Source: an uncultured archaeon (lineage in GTDB: Archaea > Asgardarchaeota > Lokiarchaeia > Sigyniarchaeales > SOKP01). From it: a stretch of 18,249 nucleotides of DNA. The notes beneath the pieces are model-generated. The model searched no databases, had not been told where the DNA came from, and saw only the letters and a list, made by a program, of their open reading frames with translations. A program made the position numbers and the translations under genes. The DNA is taken from contig CAYUTF010000066.1 of assembly GCA_964447495.1 (NCBI GenBank), forward strand, positions 1 through 18,249. Reading direction: 5' to 3'. Shown piece by piece: positions 17,480 to 18,249 of this stretch; position 1 is the stretch's first letter, and every line of letters begins with the position of its first letter.

Positions 17480-18249
17480 ATGGATTTTCGTGACGGATTT
17501 TTGAACTTAAGAGAAAAAGGAATATCGGATATACACCAAATTACGGAATATAAACATTACAAGGAAGTAAAACATATTGATTTAAGTTATAATGCCCTCA
17601 GAGATATTTCTGGGCTAGCTGACTTGGAGTTAGAATATCTTGAAGGCCTTACCTTAGAAGGAAATATGATAACCAAAGTCGAAGGATTATATAACTTTTC
17701 GAATCTAAAGAGTTTAGATTTTGGCATATCAGCTGAAATTTTCTGGGATGTAGGAGAACACAATCTTCTAAACCTTCATCCCTATCATGGACCTCCTTTG
17801 CGAACCATTGGTGCGGGAAATCAAATTAAGGAAATAGGCGGGCTAGATGAACTTGTAAATCTTACAAGACTCACGCTATCGTTTAACGAGATAACTGAGA
17901 TCAAAGGTTTAGAGAACCTTGAAAAATTACGATATCTTGATCTGTCCTTCAATTATATCACCGAGATTAAAGGACTTGAAAACCAGAAAGAACTCACTGG
18001 TTTATATTTGATGTTTAATGAAATAAGGGAAATTAAAGGATTAGAGAATCTGAAAAACTTGAGGTCGCTCGATTTAAATCAAAATAAGATCTCGGAGGTG
18101 AAAGGTATTCGCCATCTTAAAGAGTTGCAAATGCTATTTATTGGAATGAATAAAATTAAGATGATACAGAAGTCAGAATTACCACCTCAAGTTTTAAGAC
18201 TTTTAGATGCGTATGTTCTTGAGCATTTAGAGAATGAAAATATTAAATT
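17480..18249 (+). CDS. SDS22-like leucine-rich repeat protein 2 (3' truncated by window edge; absent from ORF track)
   Basis: Manual translation from ATG 17480 (GGAGG SD at 17469-17473): MDFRDGFLNLREKGISDIHQ...LTLSFNEITEIKGL...EHLENENIK, open to the end; about 62% identical to LRR1 over 230 ungapped positions by hand count. Confidence 0.92.
   Translation, partial: MDFRDGFLNLREKGISDIHQITEYKHYKEVKHIDLSYNALRDISGLADLELEYLEGLTLEGNMITKVEGLYNFSNLKSLDFGISAEIFWDVGEHNLLNLHPYHGPPLRTIGAGNQIKEIGGLDELVNLTRLTLSFNEITEIKGLENLEKLRYLDLSFNYITEIKGLENQKELTGLYLMFNEIREIKGLENLKNLRSLDLNQNKISEVKGIRHLKELQMLFIGMNKIKMIQKSELPPQVLRLLDAYVLEHLENENIK

Noticed and set aside
16591-18249. Diversity-generating retroelement (TR/VR pair) behind LRR variation
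   Set aside because: No reverse transcriptase in the window; both copies are full coding genes, and differences are spread throughout and not adenine-specific.

Overview
AT-rich archaeal-looking window, most consistent with an Asgard archaeon of the Lokiarchaeia type. This is an inference from TATA-like promoters, AGGTGA/GGAGG ribosome-binding sites and eukaryotic-signature-type genes (longin-like, RING finger, LRR proteins). Left (1-3.9 kb): small hypothetical genes, a stand-alone C4C4 RING with Not4-like cysteine spacing, an SRPBCC-like protein, a longin-like protein and an ArsB/NhaD-family permease. Middle (3.9-15.8 kb): a peptide/glutamate/redox neighbourhood with nfnA-nfnB-gdh-gdh on the minus strand, fused guaA, a DUF998-like membrane protein, oligoendopeptidase F, and a probable operon of wHTH, zinc-ribbon protein and a stand-alone FMN glutamate-synthase-like domain. 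Right end: two tandem paralogous LRR genes, the second missing from the ORF track because it runs off the edge. They share a 30-aa non-LRR island, divergent concave-face residues, a duplicated upstream motif and an exactly identical 30-nt 3' segment at which the window ends. I saw no rRNA, tRNA, CRISPR array or mobile-element gene.
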